Positions 60,414 through 64,000 of a stretch of DNA of 64,000 nt are shown here, one piece after another. Location of the stretch: positions 64,001-128,000 of IMG/VR virus record IMGVR_UViG_3300005805_009577. One strand, given 5' to 3'. Source of the DNA: a virus. Every line of letters begins with the position of its first letter. The first letter of the stretch is position 1. The notes below the pieces were generated by a model that saw nothing but the letters and a program-made list of their open reading frames with translations, was not told the origin of the DNA and did no database searches. The translations under genes and the position numbers were made by a program.

Positions 60414-62021
60414 ATGCCACTTAACTTTTACGAATTATATAACTTACTAAACGAAAATGTAGAAGAAAGCTTTGATAAGTGGCTAGAACTTGTATTTCAA
60501 TACACCAAAAAAAATACAGATGCCGAAAAAGTTTTAATGAAAATATCAGGAGTTCCTGTAAGAGCAGATCTTATAGGAAAAAATGCCAAAGATTGGCAGG
60601 ATTCAGAAAAAGCACAACTAAAATACATTATAGATGGACCACAAGAAGTATACATTAAACAAGTATTAAAAGAAAAAAACATTGAAAACTTTAATTGGTT
60701 TAGCTTTTGTATAGGTTATTTCAGCACAAAACCAAGCTTCTTTAAAGAAGATTTAGAATTAGCAATAGAAGTAACAAAAAATAGAATAGCCAGCAGAGAA
60801 CTTCCTAAAACTGAAATAGGGGGTAAAGGCTGGCTGCTGATTGGTTATGAATCTTTGGATCATGTTAAAAAGTATTTAAGACAACAGCAAGAACTTAGTA
60901 ATAGACAAAAACTAAAACTAAGAAAAAAGGGAGAAACACTAGAAGAAGACGAAAGTTTAATAAAATTATTAGATCAGAAAAATAACTTTAAACTTTATTT
61001 TTTACCCAGTATAGCAACTGATAAAGATAATAAATATCATGATAGTTGGAGTGCTGCTGAATACGTAAACAAAAGAGAAAGTAGAAAAAGATTACTGTGT
61101 AAATACGGAAAAGATACAGATTGGTGTACTGCTAATCCTACAGGCGGATATCATGAGTATTACGTTGATCAAGATATTTATATTTTACATGAAAATGATA
61201 AGCCAAAATATCAATTTACCGGGTGTCATAGAGGAATAAGACCTCAATTTATGAATGTTAAAGACGAAACAGTAGAAGCAATTTCTCAAAAAGAAATGGA
61301 ATTTTTATATTATCATCTTGGAAAATGTTATGAAGACATGGAAGTAAAATTAGAAGATCCAGAACAATATTTAAATTCAGAATTTAAAGAAAGAATAAGC
61401 TTAGAAGATATATTGGATTTGTGTCAAAATAAAGAAGCTTCTCCCGAAGTTTTAAAAGACATATATTCTCGTCATTCAAGAAAAGATTATAGAGGATCGG
61501 GATCGTGGAGCGGATTTGGGGGTATACTAGATTTATTATGTAAAAATCCTAACACACCAGAAGAAATATTAGTAGATATATATAAAAAAGATATTCCTCT
61601 GCCAGGGGGAACTAAAAAATCACTTGCAGAAAATCCTAGTACGCCAAAAGAAATATTAAAAGAAATATCTGAATTTATTCTAGATCCTGGGTCTGGCAAG
61701 AGCAAAAGATTATATACAGATATAGCAAATCCTTTGGCTAAAAACAAAAATTCAGACATTGAAGTTCTAAAAAATCTTCTTACATTCTTAAAAAGAGTAG
61801 ACAATAGAGATTATAAGGCTCGTTTTGGAGTAGATATATTAAAAAACCCAAACTCAAAAAAAGATCCGGAACTTGTAGAAGAAATAGTAAAAATAGTAAG
61901 AGGAATAATACTTGATCAAGAAACCTATGATTTTACTTTAACCTATTTAAGACAACAAGAAGATTTGCCAAGTGATTTATCCTCAGCCTTGTTGTTTGCA
62001 AGAAAAACTTCTTGGCGTTAA
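60414..62021 (+). CDS. large candidate virion-internal protein (CKYG-WCTAN family, paralog B) with LRV-like C-terminal repeats
   Basis: GATAAATA-N5-ATG; leader MPLNFYELYNLLNE; repeats NPNTPEEIL, ENPSTPKEIL, KNKNSDIEVL. Confidence 0.7.
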   Translation: MPLNFYELYNLLNENVEESFDKWLELVFQYTKKNTDAEKVLMKISGVPVRADLIGKNAKDWQDSEKAQLKYIIDGPQEVYIKQVLKEKNIENFNWFSFCIGYFSTKPSFFKEDLELAIEVTKNRIASRELPKTEIGGKGWLLIGYESLDHVKKYLRQQQELSNRQKLKLRKKGETLEEDESLIKLLDQKNNFKLYFLPSIATDKDNKYHDSWSAAEYVNKRESRKRLLCKYGKDTDWCTANPTGGYHEYYVDQDIYILHENDKPKYQFTGCHRGIRPQFMNVKDETVEAISQKEMEFLYYHLGKCYEDMEVKLEDPEQYLNSEFKERISLEDILDLCQNKEASPEVLKDIYSRHSRKDYRGSGSWSGFGGILDLLCKNPNTPEEILVDIYKKDIPLPGGTKKSLAENPSTPKEILKEISEFILDPGSGKSKRLYTDIANPLAKNKNSDIEVLKNLLTFLKRVDNRDYKARFGVDILKNPNSKKDPELVEEIVKIVRGIILDQETYDFTLTYLRQQEDLPSDLSSALLFARKTSWR

Positions 62022-62586
62022 TTATTTCATAGCACTCTAATGCGTTTATTGAAACATTTTAAAAAGCTAAATTAAAAATTATTCACGGTACGCTCAAGAT
62101 TTGTAGGGTAGCGGTGTAAATTTAAGAATTAAGTTATAATCTCAGCAAATAAAATCAGAACAGTTTTGTGGAACAAATTATGATCATTAAGTATTTTAAA
62201 ATTGATGTAAGTTTGAAAGAAATTAATTCTTATTTAAAAAAAGAATTAAAGTTATATTGCTTTAGAGATTTTCTAGAATTAATGATAAACGAATTAACAG
62301 AATTATATGAACTTTATAACTATAGTGAAGGCTTTGGAGAAAATTGGGTTTTTTCAGTAGCAGAAGGTGCAGATGTAATAAAAATAGAAATTCCCGATAA
62401 TAGTTTTACCAAATTTAAAAGCCACGATGCAGCAGTAAGAAAGTTTTTAGACTTATTGAAAGAAGAAGGAATTTACGAAGGATCATTAGACGGCACAAAT
62501 AGCACAGATAAGATGGGTTATGATTGGAACTATAAAATATTAGACGGAATAGAGTCTTTGTATTTAATAAGAAAAGAAAATAGATC

Positions 62587-63294
62587 ATGATCACAGACAC
62601 CAGAACTAAAAATCAAGATCTTCCAGATTATTTTTATTTAAAAATAATATTAGACTTTGAGACTTTAAGAAAAGAAGTAATAAAGTGTAAATTTAAAGGC
62701 AACAAAGAGTATAAAAGAAAAAGAAAAAATTATTGGCCCAGCCATCCAGAAAAAATATACAAGAATAAAGAATGGAAAGGTTGGTGCCATTTTTTAGGCA
62801 AAGAAGAACGTAAAAAATGGCCAAATTTTGAAAGCTTGAGAAAAGAAGTAAAATTAAAATTTAAAAATAAAAGAGATTATTTAAAAAACAGAAAAAAGAA
62901 TTGGCCAGGATGTCCGCAAATTGTTTACAAACAATGGAAAGGCTGGGAATATTTTCTAGGATATCATAAATTGAGTTTTGAAGAATGCAGAAAAGAAGTA
63001 ATAAAGTGTAAATTTAAAGGAAACAAAGAGTATAAAAGAAAAAGAAAGAAAAACTGGGCGGGTAATCCAGAGGTATTTTATGCTAAAGAATGGAAAGGTT
63101 GGTGCCATTTTTTAGGCAAAGAAGAACGTTTTAAACAATGGCCAGATTTTGAAAGCTTGAGAAAAGAAGTAATAAAACTTAAACTTAAAAGTATAGAACA
63201 ATACAAAGAAAAAAGAAAAAAGAATTGGCCTTATTGTCCGAACAGAACTTATAAAAAAAGCTGGAAAGGCTGGGAAGATTTTTTAGGCAAATAA
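62587..63294 (+). CDS. phage-integrase-repeat-type tandem repeat protein (no catalytic integrase domain)
   Basis: Four units ending W..(H/C/N)P...Y...WKGW..FLG; internal DNA duplication with about 318-321 nt offset. Confidence 0.75.
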   Translation: MITDTRTKNQDLPDYFYLKIILDFETLRKEVIKCKFKGNKEYKRKRKNYWPSHPEKIYKNKEWKGWCHFLGKEERKKWPNFESLRKEVKLKFKNKRDYLKNRKKNWPGCPQIVYKQWKGWEYFLGYHKLSFEECRKEVIKCKFKGNKEYKRKRKKNWAGNPEVFYAKEWKGWCHFLGKEERFKQWPDFESLRKEVIKLKLKSIEQYKEKRKKNWPYCPNRTYKKSWKGWEDFLGK

Positions 63295-63296
63295 TC

Positions 63297-63494
63297 ATGA
63301 ATAACAAAGATTTTTTAAAAAGCTTTTCAGAATCATGTGAATTTTGTAATGAAAAAATAAAATATGTAAATAAAACTAAGTTTGTATGCAAACTTAATAA
63401 AGATTTTATATTAGATTTTAAACATGAAAGTGAATGCAAAAGACCATTTTACGGCACTTGTCTTTATAAGCCGCCGCCTATTTTTTCTAAATAG
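63297..63494 (+). CDS. small Cys-rich protein
   Basis: MNNKDFLKSF..SCEFC resembles 20524 MNNKDLLNNF...CSKC. Confidence 0.55.
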   Translation: MNNKDFLKSFSESCEFCNEKIKYVNKTKFVCKLNKDFILDFKHESECKRPFYGTCLYKPPPIFSK

Positions 63495-63533
63495 TCGGCA
63501 AATAAAAACGTAACAGTTTTTATAAATAACCTT

Positions 63534-63770
63534 ATGCCGCTTAACTTTTACGAATTATACCACTTACTAAATGAAAATACAGTAAGCCAAGAGCTTAAAA
63601 GCTTAAAAAAGAACTTCCCAAGGCTAAGCGGAGATATAATAGAAGCTAAAAAAGAAATGGCAAATGATCCAAACATAGTAAAAAACGTTAATGGAAATAA
63701 AATTAATGACCTTGCAAACTATGTAATAAGCCAAAGATTAGAAAGACAACATCTCGACCAGAATAATTAG
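63534..63770 (+). CDS. small protein with leader MPLNFYELYHLLNE
   Basis: TATAAATA (63521-63528)-N5-ATG; leader nearly identical to that of 60414. Confidence 0.7.
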   Translation: MPLNFYELYHLLNENTVSQELKSLKKNFPRLSGDIIEAKKEMANDPNIVKNVNGNKINDLANYVISQRLERQHLDQNN

Positions 63771-63872
63771 TTATAACAAGACAAACATGTTTCTTCGTGC
63801 TTATATTTGTTTTTGCACTTATATTTGTTATAATAAACTGCTGAATAACAAAACATTAAAAAGGATCTAAAA

Positions 63873-64000
63873 ATGGGATGGGAATATAGAATAAGCAAAG
63901 AAATTAGAACTCACAAATATCTTCATTATGATCCCAAGATAGTTTACGGCATCAGGCAGGTACACGTTAATGAAAACGGAGAAGTTGACTATAACAAAGC
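63873..64000 (+). CDS. hypothetical protein (WNYRV family), 3'-truncated
   Basis: AAGGA RBS; MGWEYRISKE...YGIRQVHVNENGEVDY runs off the window. Confidence 0.55.
   Translation, partial: MGWEYRISKEIRTHKYLHYDPKIVYGIRQVHVNENGEVDYNK

Noticed and set aside
1-64000. Genome-wide stop-codon reassignment (TGA=Trp or TAG=Gln)
   Set aside because: Well-conserved genes are intact in code 11, Trp is TGG throughout, and genes end properly at TGA (e.g. RNA ligase) and TAG; only one internal TGA was found
1-64000. CRISPR array, DGR or retron, integrase, IS element
   Set aside because: No regularly spaced repeats and no RT, Cas, transposase or recombinase motifs; the GTACG copies are kilobases apart

Overview
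This very AT-rich (about three-quarters A+T by eye), densely coding, almost entirely plus-strand window looks like the accessory region of a large lytic T4-like or jumbo bacteriophage. That is an inference from gene content; no capsid, terminase, polymerase or integrase genes and no CRISPR array are visible. RNA genes are a tmRNA (tag GVNQLALAA) and tRNA-Cys(GCA), -Glu(TTC) and -Lys(TTT). RNA-metabolism genes include an RNA ligase, a TrmH methylase, two SAK-type HAD phosphatases (one broken by an in-frame TGA), a cyclic-phosphate receiver domain, a metallophosphoesterase, a DEDDh exonuclease and RNase H. Other recognisable genes are a hydrolase-only (p)ppGpp HD protein, an M32 carboxypeptidase, a glutaminyl cyclase, an acyl carrier protein, two HNH nucleases and a dispersed glycan set (GT2, RmlB, RmlD, UDP-sugar dehydrogenase, sulfotransferase-like, pyruvyltransferase-like, GT29-like). 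Two systems are missed by the ORF track. (1) A recurrent intergenic motif, C(T)5-6-K-R-GTACG, has nine full and about six partial copies, all on the plus strand, and heads gene cassettes, a tRNA and candidate structured RNAs. (2) About ten proteins carry a T4 internal-protein-like N-terminal leader (M..F..[FWY]...[ILM]xE), often behind a (T)ATAAATA/TATATA-N5-ATG late-promoter-like signal. Their cargoes include an ADP-ribosyltransferase-like domain, a HicA-like domain and a family with swappable C-termini. All calls come from manual motif recognition; no database searches were run.
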